Source: an uncultured Candidatus Saccharibacteria bacterium (GTDB lineage: Bacteria; Patescibacteriota; Minisyncoccia; UBA6257; JACOXY01). Taken from it: a stretch of DNA of 64,000 nucleotides. The stretch lies in assembly GCA_964357615.1 (NCBI GenBank), contig CAYHMC010000003.1, forward strand, positions 34,678 to 98,677, written 5' to 3'. This document shows, piece by piece, positions 1-10,459 of the stretch. Below the pieces are notes generated by a model. It saw nothing but the letters and a program-made list of their open reading frames with translations, was not told where the DNA came from and did not search any database. Position numbers and translations under genes: made by a program. Within the stretch, counting starts at the first letter, position 1; every line of letters starts with the position of its first letter.

Positions 1-2
1 CA

Positions 3-1559
3 GTACTTGCAACAAGCGATGTAGATAAAGACATTATAAATCTAATTTATAGCAACTTATTCGACATTAGCGAGAGCGTAAAAGTTGCAGACAATAAATT
101 AGTTTGGAATATAAGACTCAAAGAAGGAGTACTGTGGCACGATAATATTCCTTTTACTGCCGATGATGTTATCTTTACAATTCAATCAATTCACGACCGA
201 GAATCACGATCACCAATCAGTATTACTTGGGATGGAATTTCAGTTGAAAGACTTAGCGAATTAGAAATAAAACTCACGACATCTGCTCCATACGCGTTTT
301 TTGAAGATAATCTAAAACAATTATATATTTTACCAAAGCATATTTTTGAAGATGTCCCCCTTGCAAACTGGAGGTCTTCGTCATTTAACCTACAACCTAT
401 TGGAACGGGACCATACAAATGGGTATCCCACGAACAAGAAAAAAGTGGTTTTATTTCTGATTACCAACTCACTAGGAATGAAAATTATTTTGGTTCTAAA
501 CCATATATTGAGAATATTGAATTATTATTTTTTAAAAATGAGGAAAGTGCAATTTCTTCATTTAATATGGCGCGCATTGATGGATTGGCTGGAGTTAGCC
601 CAAGTAACTTAGCACGATTAACACGATTTAATAATACCCACGAGTTACACATGCCAAGTTATTATGCAATTTTCTTAAATCAAAGCACTAATGAATTGCT
701 CAAAAATAAAAATGTTCGCCAGGCATTAAATTATGCCACACCAAAAAAAGAAATTATTGAAAAAGTATTTAATATGCGTGCGACTGAACCAACTGGACCA
801 TTGCCTTATAGTGGAGTCAAAGCTCCAGAGATTGATCTTCTCTCAAGTTATGATATCGAAAAAGCCAATCAAATACTTGATGATGGCGGAATTAATATCG
901 ATAAAAATGGAACTAGAGGAAAAATTACGCTAGTCGTTCCTAATATGCCTTTTCTTGTAAGTTCTAGTGAAATTATTAAAGAAAATTGGTCAAAATTAAA
1001 TTTAGAAATAGAAGTATTAATAATTGAACCTGCATTAATAAATGATGAAATAATTAAGACTCGTAATTATGATGCTATTCTTTTTGGTAACGCGCTTGCT
1101 AGAAATCCAGACATAATATCATTTTGGCATACAAAAGAGCGCTTCTACCCCGGGCAAAACTTAAGTTTATATAGCAATAAAACAGTTGACTCACTACTTG
1201 AATCAGTTCGTCAAGATTTCGATTCTGAAAGTCGTCTATCTCGTTTATTAAAATTACAATCACAAATTATTCAAGACATTCCAGCTATATTCCTTTTTTC
1301 TCCAAATTACATATTTATAACAAGCACCAAAGTAAAAGGAATAAATGAACTTGTAATAACAAATCCCTCTGACCGCCTTCTTAAAATTGGGTCCTGGTAT
1401 TTAAAAACAAAAAGATCTTTTAGTAACACCAAGGCAACTAGCACAACTTCAACTAGCATAAATTCATTAAAGTTACACAAAAACGATCAAAACCAAGAAA
1501 ATGAAAATGGTGGGGTTAGCACACCAAAAGCAACTACAACTCCAGCTAAATCAGAATAA
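3..1559 (+). CDS. ABC transporter substrate-binding protein, family 5 (oligopeptide/nickel type), 5' end outside window; Ser/Thr-rich low-complexity C-terminal tail
   Basis: Frame 3 is open from the window start and runs into the listed 567..1559 ORF. The translation (…WHDNIPFTADDVIFTIQSI…ILPKHIFE…GTGPYKW…) fits SBP_bac_5 architecture. Confidence 0.75.
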   Translation, partial: VLATSDVDKDIINLIYSNLFDISESVKVADNKLVWNIRLKEGVLWHDNIPFTADDVIFTIQSIHDRESRSPISITWDGISVERLSELEIKLTTSAPYAFFEDNLKQLYILPKHIFEDVPLANWRSSSFNLQPIGTGPYKWVSHEQEKSGFISDYQLTRNENYFGSKPYIENIELLFFKNEESAISSFNMARIDGLAGVSPSNLARLTRFNNTHELHMPSYYAIFLNQSTNELLKNKNVRQALNYATPKKEIIEKVFNMRATEPTGPLPYSGVKAPEIDLLSSYDIEKANQILDDGGINIDKNGTRGKITLVVPNMPFLVSSSEIIKENWSKLNLEIEVLIIEPALINDEIIKTRNYDAILFGNALARNPDIISFWHTKERFYPGQNLSLYSNKTVDSLLESVRQDFDSESRLSRLLKLQSQIIQDIPAIFLFSPNYIFITSTKVKGINELVITNPSDRLLKIGSWYLKTKRSFSNTKATSTTSTSINSLKLHKNDQNQENENGGVSTPKATTTPAKSE

Positions 1560-1593
1560 ACAAATAACAAAATCAAATTATCATATACTTATT

Positions 1594-1676
1594 GCCGCGG
1601 TGGCGAAACGGCAGACGCGCATGGTTCAGGGCCATGTATTCGTAAGGATGTGTGGGTTCAAATCCCACCCGCGGCA
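1594..1676 (+). tRNA. tRNA-Leu (anticodon CAG), long variable arm
   Basis: Acceptor stem GCCGCGG/CCGCGGC. Anticodon stem CATGG/CCATG with loop TTCAGGG gives anticodon CAG. Long variable arm, and a T-arm GGGTTCAAATCCCAC. Close to the E. coli tRNA-Leu layout. Confidence 0.85.
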
Positions 1677-1810
1677 CAAAAATTAATTGGTAATAAAATA
1701 AATAAAATTAAAAAAATATTATTAAAATTGTAACTCATTATTATTAAATTATTATTAGTCTCTAAAATATATTAATTTTAAGACAATAAACATTATAAAG
1801 ACAAAAACTT

Positions 1811-3742
1811 ATGGAAACCAAAAACCAACCTCCAAAAAGAATCCCGCCACGAAGACCCGACGAAAATCACGAAACAACAAAAGGCCGAAGACAACCAACT
1901 ACAACAAGAAGAGGCTCAACTCTAGGTCAAAATAATCACCCAGATAGACCTAGCCAAAGCAAAACGCGTGCCCGCCGACCCGCTTTTGGAGATAATCGCT
2001 CTAGACGACCTTCTTTTCGCGCCCCTGGAAGAAAATTTGTTTCGGGAAATGCAAACTCAACTAAAAATATACATAATGACGAAAGCGACTTGCTCCGCTA
2101 CATTCCCCTTGGCGGATTAGAAGAAGTTGGTCGCAATATGTGTTTCTTTGAATATAAGGACGAGATTGTAATCATAGATATGGGAATTCAATTCCCTGAA
2201 GAAGAAACTCCTGGCATAGATTTTATTTTACCGAATATAGAATATCTCGTTCCTAAAGCAAAAAATATAAGAGCTATTGTTCTTACGCATGGCCATCTAG
2301 ACCACATCGGAGCTATTCCATATCTAATAGAAAAGCTAGGCAACCCACCAATTTATACGACCGACCTAACTGCCGAGATGGCTAAAAAGCGCCAGCAGGA
2401 GTTCCCCAATGCTCACAAACTTGATATCAATCTAATTAAAAACCGAGATAAAGTTAACGTTGGAAAATATTTTGACTTGGAATTCTTTGGAGTAGCACAC
2501 ACAATTCCAGAAACAATGGGAATTGTAATTAAAACTCCCGTTGGAAATATTGTACACTTTGCCGACTTTAGAATTGCATACGACGATAACAATGTCGCAG
2601 AAGGCACCGAAGAATATGAACGCATTGGAAAGCTTGGAATTCATTCTTTTTTAATTGACAGCACAAATTCTCAAAAAACTGGTTTTTCAACTTCAGAAAG
2701 AGTGGTTCAAAAAAATCTAGAAGAACTATTTAGCAAAGCAGAAGGCAGAATTATTGTTGGCACATTTTCTTCTATGATAACTCGTATTGCCGAGATGATT
2801 GAAATAGCCCATAAACTAGGCAGAGTAGTGGCAATAAGCGGAAGGTCAATGCAAGAAAATTTACAGATTGCTCAAAATCTTGGTCACATTAAACCACCTA
2901 AGGGCACACTTATTACCCTAAACGACCTTCATAAATACAGAGACAACAAGATTGTAATCCTTTCAACTGGAGCTCAAGGAGAAGCAAATGCCAGCTTAAT
3001 GCGTGTTATCTCAGGCGAGCATAGACAAGTTCAAATTAAATCTGGTGATACAGTTATTCTTTCTTCTTCTGTTATTCCAGGCAACGAAAGAAGTGTTCAA
3101 AACCTAAGAGACAACTTGGCACGCCAAGGTGCTATTGTTTATACTTCTGGACTAATAGATATTCATGCTTCAGGTCATGCACCAAAAGAAGACTTAAAAT
3201 TGGTAATGGAAATTATCAAACCGAAATTTTTAATTCCAGTTCATGGCTATTACTTTATGAGATCGCTCACCGGCATATATGCCGAAGAAGTTGGTATTCC
3301 AAAAGAAAATGTAATTATGTTAGATAATGGTCAAGTTGCAGAAATGAGCCCAGATAAAGTAAAAGTAAGCAATGAACAAGTGCCCGCTTTTTATGTAATG
3401 GTAGATGGCTTGGGCATTGGAGATGTTGGTGAAATAGTGCTTCGCGACCGCAAAATGCTCGCCGCAGAAGGAATGGTTGTTGTAATTGCTACCATTGACA
3501 AACATTCGGGAAGAATATTAAAAAATCCTGACATTATTTCTAGAGGATTTATTTACCTTAAGGATAATGCAGAGATGCTAGATGAAATTCGAAAACGCAT
3601 CAGAGCTATGATTGGACGAATGGGCGAACAACATATTGATGGTGATTACCTAAAAACCTTAATGCGCGACCAAATTGGACAATTTTTGTTTACTAAAACC
3701 CACAGAAGGCCAATGATATTGCCAGTCGTAATAGAGGTTTAG
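1811..3742 (+). CDS. rnj: Ribonuclease J (beta-CASP metallo-beta-lactamase RNase) with ~90 aa Arg/Pro-rich N-terminal extension
   Basis: HGHLDHIG motif (HxHxDH), then LIPVHGYY and the beta-CASP region, with RNase J-like overall order. N-terminus is low-complexity basic: PPKRIPPRRPDE…RRPSFRAPGRK. Confidence 0.9.
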   Translation: METKNQPPKRIPPRRPDENHETTKGRRQPTTTRRGSTLGQNNHPDRPSQSKTRARRPAFGDNRSRRPSFRAPGRKFVSGNANSTKNIHNDESDLLRYIPLGGLEEVGRNMCFFEYKDEIVIIDMGIQFPEEETPGIDFILPNIEYLVPKAKNIRAIVLTHGHLDHIGAIPYLIEKLGNPPIYTTDLTAEMAKKRQQEFPNAHKLDINLIKNRDKVNVGKYFDLEFFGVAHTIPETMGIVIKTPVGNIVHFADFRIAYDDNNVAEGTEEYERIGKLGIHSFLIDSTNSQKTGFSTSERVVQKNLEELFSKAEGRIIVGTFSSMITRIAEMIEIAHKLGRVVAISGRSMQENLQIAQNLGHIKPPKGTLITLNDLHKYRDNKIVILSTGAQGEANASLMRVISGEHRQVQIKSGDTVILSSSVIPGNERSVQNLRDNLARQGAIVYTSGLIDIHASGHAPKEDLKLVMEIIKPKFLIPVHGYYFMRSLTGIYAEEVGIPKENVIMLDNGQVAEMSPDKVKVSNEQVPAFYVMVDGLGIGDVGEIVLRDRKMLAAEGMVVVIATIDKHSGRILKNPDIISRGFIYLKDNAEMLDEIRKRIRAMIGRMGEQHIDGDYLKTLMRDQIGQFLFTKTHRRPMILPVVIEV

Positions 3743-3772
3743 AGAAAAGCTTATAGTATGAATGACATAAAA

Positions 3773-3804
3773 AATAACGAATTAAATTGCGTTATTTTTT
3801 ATTT
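3773..3804. terminator. Bidirectional intrinsic terminator between rnj (+) and the convergent minus-strand gene
   Basis: Stem AATAACG…CGTTATT followed by a T-run. Confidence 0.55.
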
Positions 3805-3820
3805 GAATTAAAACAATATT

Positions 3821-4885
3821 CTAGGGAGTGTACCTAGGGCTATCTACAACCAAAAAACTAGTACCAGTTTTTTTAACAGTGTATTTAAAATCTGTTTTGG
3901 GTGGCTCTGGCGTCTCTTCTGTAGCTCCACAGCAAAGACCAATACCAAAAGTAGTTCCATCTTTGTTGACGAACTGGATCACAAAACTAAACTCAGTTGG
4001 AGAAATCTCATTTTGACTTAAAATTGTTTTTATTTTTAAGCAATTCAAACCATTAACCTCACAACCTGATTTAATCAACCCAACATGATCGTTAATGTCC
4101 ATATCAGGATTCCAATATTGGAGATATTCATATCCGGACCCATGATACTGCAGCGCTTCAGCGTATTGTCGCTCATTTAAAAGATTAAAATATGAAACAA
4201 GCACTTCCTTAGCCAATTCAATATCAGCTTCAGTTTTAGCCTGTTTAACTAATTTACCACTTATAAATTTATAAGTTTCTTTAATTGTTGGGTAACCAAC
4301 CCCCTCAATTAATACAACAAAAGTATTATTATAAATCGAGATTATTTTTCCATTTTGTTTTCCAAATCCAACTGTATCTACAATTTTTGCTATACCATTA
4401 AAATTTTTAAAGACATATAATTCGCCTCCGCTTGAAGCACGAACAACCCTACCCGGAACAAGCGCTTCTAAAAGATTGTCGCCATCCAAGTCGGCAAAAA
4501 TAAGACCATCATAAGAACCGGAACCTCCGGAACCCAACCCAATATAAGGCAATTCATCTCCAAGAGAATCTTTGCCACCCTCAGCTACTCCGTTTTTAAA
4601 TTGTCGATTGTACATATCAAATCCATTCCATACCTGCTCTTTGGTAATTTGCACAGTATTTTTGTTTATAGTCTCTAAAATTGCATCAGCCATTATTTCT
4701 GTTAGCGACGTCGTTGGTGATGATGTTGGTGATGGTATAGCTGGTCCAACTAAACCAAAACGCTCAACCAACGAGCTTTTTTCTAAAACCACATATCCGA
4801 TTCCGCCAATCAAAACTGTAGCCAAAATAATCATTAATATGTTTGCAAAACCCTGTGTTTTCATAGAAATAATTTTCTTATCCAT
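3821..4885 (-). CDS. Hypothetical secreted/membrane-anchored protein (N-terminal TM; DLDGDN FG-GAP-like motif)
   Basis: Long ORF with an N-terminal hydrophobic helix and a Pro/Ser/Thr linker. No recognisable catalytic motif. Confidence 0.5.
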   Translation of the reverse strand: MDKKIISMKTQGFANILMIILATVLIGGIGYVVLEKSSLVERFGLVGPAIPSPTSSPTTSLTEIMADAILETINKNTVQITKEQVWNGFDMYNRQFKNGVAEGGKDSLGDELPYIGLGSGGSGSYDGLIFADLDGDNLLEALVPGRVVRASSGGELYVFKNFNGIAKIVDTVGFGKQNGKIISIYNNTFVVLIEGVGYPTIKETYKFISGKLVKQAKTEADIELAKEVLVSYFNLLNERQYAEALQYHGSGYEYLQYWNPDMDINDHVGLIKSGCEVNGLNCLKIKTILSQNEISPTEFSFVIQFVNKDGTTFGIGLCCGATEETPEPPKTDFKYTVKKTGTSFLVVDSPRYTP

Positions 4886-4888
4886 AAC

Positions 4889-5827
4889 TTACGGCTGAAA
4901 TATATCCAAAGTCCTACCTTCTACAGAAAGCTTAACGCTTTTTAGGGTAGGAAATTGTAATAGTGTTTCCTTTATTTGAGCTACTCGCATTGTCATACTG
5001 CAAGATCCACCACCAGATTCTGTTATTGAATTAAAATCTGCGCGCGCTTCTCCGTTAACTATTACTAATGAATTAAGCTTGCTACCAAAAGGAATGCTGG
5101 TAATAAAACCGTCCTTTTTTTCTTCGACAGTAGGACCCTTCAACAATTCACTAATTGCAGCCGTAGCAATTTTCTCTGTCTTTTCAATTACTCTAGTAAC
5201 CAAGGTAACTTCATCACAAGAATTGGCTTCTTGGGTTTTGGTATTATGAAAATATACTTTAACGGGAGTAGTTTCTCCTGTTACTACAAAACTAACTTCA
5301 TTGCTCTTTTGCGCCCAAGGATCAACATAAATTTTATAATTTCCTGGAACTAATTTAAGAAAAGAATCGCACGGCAATCCACTATAAGAGGTGTCGTGAG
5401 AACACAAAGAACTAGCCAAAGTAACTTTTATAAGATTGTCGGTTGAGTCATTACTACCCCTAAGCAATCCTTTTACCCCAGATGCATTTTGAATCCATGC
5501 ATTCTTATCTCCTTCAAATCCAGAAAAATAACATCCCTTGATTTCTAATTTTGTTCCAGCAGTACCTGAATAACTTGAAAGTTGATGTATTATTGGAACA
5601 CTTTCCTCTCCGTCTTTCTCGGGCTCGCAGGGAAGCTCCATGGCGACTGGCGAAGGTGATGTCAAAACCGACAAATTAGGCGAGTTCATTGGGGAGGGTG
5701 CCCCATCTTCAACATATCTAATTGAATTTCTAAGCAAGGCAACGCACACTGAAACTACAGCCAAAACAATGAACATACTAACTACTAAAATATTTACAAA
5801 TCCCTTTTTTTTCATATTATTAAGCAA
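4889..5827 (-). CDS. GerMN domain-containing secreted protein
   Basis: N-terminal TM helix. C-terminal region VKVYFHN…LLKGPT..E…ADFNS…GGSCSMTMRVAQIKETLLQFPTLKSVKLSVEG matches the GerMN consensus pattern. Confidence 0.55.
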   Translation of the reverse strand: MLNNMKKKGFVNILVVSMFIVLAVVSVCVALLRNSIRYVEDGAPSPMNSPNLSVLTSPSPVAMELPCEPEKDGEESVPIIHQLSSYSGTAGTKLEIKGCYFSGFEGDKNAWIQNASGVKGLLRGSNDSTDNLIKVTLASSLCSHDTSYSGLPCDSFLKLVPGNYKIYVDPWAQKSNEVSFVVTGETTPVKVYFHNTKTQEANSCDEVTLVTRVIEKTEKIATAAISELLKGPTVEEKKDGFITSIPFGSKLNSLVIVNGEARADFNSITESGGGSCSMTMRVAQIKETLLQFPTLKSVKLSVEGRTLDIFQP

Positions 5828-5831
5828 ATTT

Positions 5832-6428
5832 TTATTTTATAAATTTAAAAGTAGAGAAAATAATGTTCAGCTCTTGCAATGCTTTATCTGCAATAACCTT
5901 GTCTACTCCAAGGTGTGCATACGCATAGATAGTCTTTCCGCTGAGCTCACCAGCAATCATCATGGCATACCCCAAGGGTATTCCTCGTTCATCTGAACTT
6001 CTAAAATTTATGGTTTGGTATGTTACCCCATTTGCAACAAAATTTCCCCCTTTACATCCTGAGGCTGGATTATTTGGAGTTGCGCACTCAAGTAGACTTT
6101 CTGGAGATCTATCTTCAAACATTATAAAATTAATCCAAAAAAAGCTACCGTCCCCAATGAGCCTCCAATGATAACTGTCGTTTAAAGTCTCTTCGATTTT
6201 AAAAGTTGATGGATACCTAAACTCAAATCCAGCTATTTTATTTAGATATATTTTCCAGCTTGAGGGCTCGGTAGCTAACACTAATGGCGATGGCATACTT
6301 AATCCAGGCTCCATGAGTATATCGGGAATTGCTTTATCTCTTTCTGTGAACATTACATACCCAACCACCCCAACCAAAACTACCCCCAAAACAACTATTA
6401 ATACATTTATAAATCCATTTTGCTTCAT
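5832..6428 (-). CDS. Hypothetical membrane-anchored protein
   Basis: N-terminal TM helix. Third in a run of co-oriented secreted proteins. Confidence 0.45.
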   Translation of the reverse strand: MKQNGFINVLIVVLGVVLVGVVGYVMFTERDKAIPDILMEPGLSMPSPLVLATEPSSWKIYLNKIAGFEFRYPSTFKIEETLNDSYHWRLIGDGSFFWINFIMFEDRSPESLLECATPNNPASGCKGGNFVANGVTYQTINFRSSDERGIPLGYAMMIAGELSGKTIYAYAHLGVDKVIADKALQELNIIFSTFKFIK

Positions 6429-6482
6429 AAAGTTAATTATAACAGATTGGATAAAAACTAATTGTAGAAGTATAATAATTTT

Positions 6483-7544
6483 ATGTCTAAACCAATTTTA
6501 ATATCCGGAATGCAACCCTCTGGGAAGCTCCACATTGGAAACTATCTTGGAGCACTAAAAAACTTTGTTGTCTTACAAAACTCAGGCAAATATCAGTGTT
6601 ATTTTTTTATTGCTGATTATCATGCTCTCACCGAGCCATTTGACCCATCTCAAACACCAGCATTAATGAGTAATTATCTTGCAGCGGGTTTGGACCCAAA
6701 AAAGTCTGTCCTTTTTGTACAATCTGAAGTGCCATATTCTACAGAGTTGGCATGGATATTAAACACCATAACGCCATTTAGCGAACTTATCCGCATGACA
6801 CAGTTCAAGGAAAAGGCGATGTTTAATGCAAAATCATTGTCAGGAAAAATTGCAGAGGAATATATGCCAGTAGATGGCGACATAGAGAATAGTGAGGTAA
6901 TTGAAAGACAAAATAAATCAGTATTAAGCCCCAATGTTGGACTATTCACCTATCCAACACTAATGGCCTCAGACATTATTTTATATAACGCAGAATTTGT
7001 ACCCGTTGGAAATGACCAAGACCAGCACCTAGAACTAACAAGAGAGTTAGTGAAAAAATTTAATAATAAATTTGGAAAAGTTTTTATAGAACCAAAACCA
7101 GTTCACACCTCAACTCCACGCATTATGAGTTTAAATGACCCAGCAAAAAAAATGTCAAAATCTTCCCCCGAGGGATGCTTGTTTTTAGACGATAACCTAG
7201 AGACAATTAAGAAAAAAATATCTCGCGCTGTAACAGACTCTGAAAGTGAAGTTAAGCTCGATGAGGATAATAAACCTGGCATAGCAAATTTAATTCGTAT
7301 TTATCATGGAATAACCAATAAACCAATAGAAAAAATTGAATCCGAATTTAGTGGCAAAAATTATGGCCAACTTAAAGAAGCTTTAACTAATGTGATTGCT
7401 AAAGAACTAGAACCTTTTCGCAATAAAAACTCTGCGCTATCAAAAAAATCTAAATTAGCCTTTTCGGCAGGCGCAAAAAAAGCTCGGAAAAATGCCGAAC
7501 TAAAAATGAAGTTGATTAAAAAAGCTATTGGGTTAATAAAATAA
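6483..7544 (+). CDS. trpS: Tryptophanyl-tRNA synthetase
   Basis: Class I motifs HIGN (GKLHIGNYLGAL) and KMSKS. TrpRS-like length, with a ~25 aa insertion before the GLFTYPTLMASDIILY segment. Confidence 0.9.
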   Translation: MSKPILISGMQPSGKLHIGNYLGALKNFVVLQNSGKYQCYFFIADYHALTEPFDPSQTPALMSNYLAAGLDPKKSVLFVQSEVPYSTELAWILNTITPFSELIRMTQFKEKAMFNAKSLSGKIAEEYMPVDGDIENSEVIERQNKSVLSPNVGLFTYPTLMASDIILYNAEFVPVGNDQDQHLELTRELVKKFNNKFGKVFIEPKPVHTSTPRIMSLNDPAKKMSKSSPEGCLFLDDNLETIKKKISRAVTDSESEVKLDEDNKPGIANLIRIYHGITNKPIEKIESEFSGKNYGQLKEALTNVIAKELEPFRNKNSALSKKSKLAFSAGAKKARKNAELKMKLIKKAIGLIK

Positions 7545-7548
7545 ATTT

Positions 7549-8127
7549 ATGAGAATAGGAGAAAGGCGAGAACAACTAATGGGCGGAGAAGGAAAAAAGT
7601 TTGGCAAAGATTTTGAAATAGATCTATTTGGACTACCAAGAGTTGACGACCCTAAATATCGCGAGGAATTAGAAAGAGTGAAAGATAAGCAATCTGGTTA
7701 TGTGCCATTTAGGGAGGCATTGGGTCTAGTCAGTAAAATTCAACCAAGAAAATATCGTCCTTTTTCAATTAAACTCACTCATGAAATAGCTAGGGCCTTG
7801 GGTCAAAATAAAAATCCTGACATTAATGATTCTAGGATTCGTTTTTATACAACGGTTGATACTCCACTTGATACATTTCATGGGGCAGATGCCATTATAG
7901 AAGTACGGAGGGAAGGAAAAGAACCTATTCAAATTCGATTGGGAGCAACAATGGCCGATGAATATACCAAAGATAATAGGCAATCAAAAAAATCTGATGT
8001 TGAAATAGAAGCATCGTGGCTCAATCTTGAAGACGAAGAAGCCTTAGATAAGGAAAAAATACCAGAACTTGCAGCGCGAGTAATTAGCCAATTAGAAGAA
8101 AAAGTTATGCCAAAAGAACCTGCTTAA
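7549..8127 (+). CDS. Hypothetical protein
   Basis: ORF directly downstream of trpS, co-oriented. No recognisable motifs. Confidence 0.45.
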   Translation: MRIGERREQLMGGEGKKFGKDFEIDLFGLPRVDDPKYREELERVKDKQSGYVPFREALGLVSKIQPRKYRPFSIKLTHEIARALGQNKNPDINDSRIRFYTTVDTPLDTFHGADAIIEVRREGKEPIQIRLGATMADEYTKDNRQSKKSDVEIEASWLNLEDEEALDKEKIPELAARVISQLEEKVMPKEPA

Positions 8128-8129
8128 AA

Positions 8130-9920
8130 TTATTTTAATCCAATCTGTAGCTCATATAACTTTTTATATGAGCCATCTTTAACTTTGATAAGCTCGTTAT
8201 GTGTTCCACGCTCAATAATTTTTCCTTTATCTAAGACTAGTATTAAATCAGCTTTTCTAACTGTGCTCAAACGATGAGCAATAATAAATGTGGTACGCCC
8301 TTCCATAAGTTTTTCGAGTGATTCAGTAATATATTTCTCATTCTTAGCATCAAGTGCTGAAGTGGGCTCGTCTAAAATTAAAATCCGCGGATTTCGAAGT
8401 ATTGCTCTCGCAATTGCAATGCGCTGTTTTTGACCAGCCGACAACCTAATGCCTCTATCTCCAACTCTTTGATTATATTTTTTAGGAAATTTACTTATAA
8501 ATTCATCTGCGTGAGCCATCTTTGATGCCTCGAGCATTTTTTCATTACTCGCACCAAAAGAACCATATTTAATATTATTTTTTATAGTCTCGTTAAATAA
8601 AATTGGTTCCTGAGCAACAACTGCGATAAACGAGCGCAAAGATATAAGGTCGGCTCGCGAGATGTCATGATGATCAATTAAAATTCTTCCTTTTGTTGGT
8701 TTATAATAATATGACATTAAATCTGTAAGTGTAGATTTACCAACTCCTGATTCTCCGACCAAAGCAACAATTTGACCAGATGAAACCTTAAAGGTAATAT
8801 CATGCAAAATTGAATTCTGTCCCCTACCATATTTAAAACTTACATTCTCAAATTCCACATTTCCTTTAATATCAGAAAATACAAAAGCATTGCTTGGTAC
8901 ATACTCTTCCTCTGCTGTTCCTAATATTTTTTCAGACCTCTGAATTGCTATTAAGCCATTTTGTATAAGATCCCAATTTGCCCCAACGCGATAAAAAGGA
9001 CCGAAAATTATAGCAGCGTAGCCATTAAAGGCGGCAAGTTCTCCCAATGTGATTCGCCCACTGCTTACAAAAAACACAGAAATAACAAAAATAGAGAGTT
9101 GTGTAAATGTAACAATTAATCTTTGAGATAAATTAAGGTTTGAAAAAACTTTTATATATTCTGTCCAGTAATGCACTGTTCCATATGTAAAGTTTTTTTC
9201 TAGTTTTCTTTTTTCAAAATTTTCAGCAGTTCCCTGTTTTACCGCAGAAACATTTATTACTGAATCATATGCCTCTCCATATGCCTTGTTGTAGGCTTTA
9301 TTCATTGATTGAAGCACTCCAGTATATTTGGGCGTAACAATTACTATAACTAATAAAAAAATGAAAAGTCCACCAAAAAGCACTGCTGTTAAAATTGGAT
9401 CAATAAAAATTACAATAAAAAAAGCTATAACTACACTAAAAATATCTGGTGCAAGATTTATAATAACTTGACCTATGATATTACTAATTCTTCCCGCAGC
9501 GCGCTCAACACGATTTATAACCTCCCCCATTTTGTGCTTCTTGTGAAATCCAAGCGGAGAATTAAGAAGGTGCGTCATTCCCTCTACAATATAATCGCTC
9601 TCTACTAAGGCATTTATTCTTTCGGACTCAACACTTTTATAACGCTCGGCAAAATCTGTTGTAATTTTAAATATAGCCCAAATAACCAAAAGGGCTACAA
9701 GAGGCGAAACGGGATATCCAAAAAATACAAACGGCAAAACATTTCCAAGAAGAGCATCGAAGTATTTTCCTACTAAATAAGGAACAATTGCGCTACCAAT
9801 AGCAGAAATTACACTTACTACAACTAAAATAACTATCTTTTTTTGATAGGGTTTTAAATATCTAGTAATTACTGTGATTCCATCTTTAAATTCGCTGTAA
9901 GTTATTTTCTTTTTAGCCAT
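8130..9920 (-). CDS. ABC exporter, fused permease/ATPase (MsbA-like)
   Basis: Six-TM N-terminal half. Walker A GESGVGKST, signature LSAGQKQRIAIARA, Walker B ILILDEP. Confidence 0.85.
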   Translation of the reverse strand: MAKKKITYSEFKDGITVITRYLKPYQKKIVILVVVSVISAIGSAIVPYLVGKYFDALLGNVLPFVFFGYPVSPLVALLVIWAIFKITTDFAERYKSVESERINALVESDYIVEGMTHLLNSPLGFHKKHKMGEVINRVERAAGRISNIIGQVIINLAPDIFSVVIAFFIVIFIDPILTAVLFGGLFIFLLVIVIVTPKYTGVLQSMNKAYNKAYGEAYDSVINVSAVKQGTAENFEKRKLEKNFTYGTVHYWTEYIKVFSNLNLSQRLIVTFTQLSIFVISVFFVSSGRITLGELAAFNGYAAIIFGPFYRVGANWDLIQNGLIAIQRSEKILGTAEEEYVPSNAFVFSDIKGNVEFENVSFKYGRGQNSILHDITFKVSSGQIVALVGESGVGKSTLTDLMSYYYKPTKGRILIDHHDISRADLISLRSFIAVVAQEPILFNETIKNNIKYGSFGASNEKMLEASKMAHADEFISKFPKKYNQRVGDRGIRLSAGQKQRIAIARAILRNPRILILDEPTSALDAKNEKYITESLEKLMEGRTTFIIAHRLSTVRKADLILVLDKGKIIERGTHNELIKVKDGSYKKLYELQIGLK

Positions 9921-9971
9921 ATAGCTATTATATAACGAATAACAGCAATTTAGTTACAAAAAAAGACCGCC

Positions 9972-10124
9972 TCAGTTGTTCTGGGCGATCCGGTGAAGTT
10001 CGCGCTTTTCTTGTCTGCGGTCATAGCCGTGCTTTCCTTTCTTAGTGGAATGATATCCACCAGTTTGTCTTGGTAGTGGAACACGCATCATTGCAAGCGG
10101 ATTCTTTGCTTTTACTTTTTTCAC
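9972..10124 (-). CDS. Small basic protein (50 aa, GTG start), GC-rich cassette 1 gene A
   Basis: SD GAAGGAGG sits 4 nt before the GTG start. ORF is MKKVKAKNPLAMMRVPLPRQTGGYHSTKKGKHGYDRRQEKRELHRIAQNN. An intrinsic terminator (GATCGCC…GGCGGTC plus T7) follows the stop. Not in the ORF track (<60 aa). Confidence 0.4.
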   Translation of the reverse strand: MKKVKAKNPLAMMRVPLPRQTGGYHSTKKGKHGYDRRQEKRELHRIAQNN

Positions 10125-10459
10125 TTTTCCTCCTTCGGTAAGTCGTAGCTTTAGCGAAGGTTACCCTTCATTAGTTTTTCTACTAGCTATAGTCTCTCCC
10201 TTTCAAAATCCACATTTAAACATGAACTTTAAAAGAAGCCCGAGGGACAAAACAGAGATGCGATTTCTCTGATGTGTCACTCGGGGTATAAATCGCGCAG
10301 TCCGCATACTTGATTGCAATCAAGTAGTTGCGGTTGACAGTGGTTACCGTGTGAATCTTGCAAAATGCACACAGATGCCTCCACTGCCTAACTCCTCTCA
10401 TTTCATCGCAAGGGTTGGCACGGTTTGGATTGGCTGCGCAACCAACCACCCGTAGATTT

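Noticed and set aside
346-933. ORFs 346..612 and 733..933 (and 191..418 on the minus strand)
   Set aside because: They lie inside the substrate-binding-protein gene in other frames or antisense, and the SBP frame is continuous from the window start.
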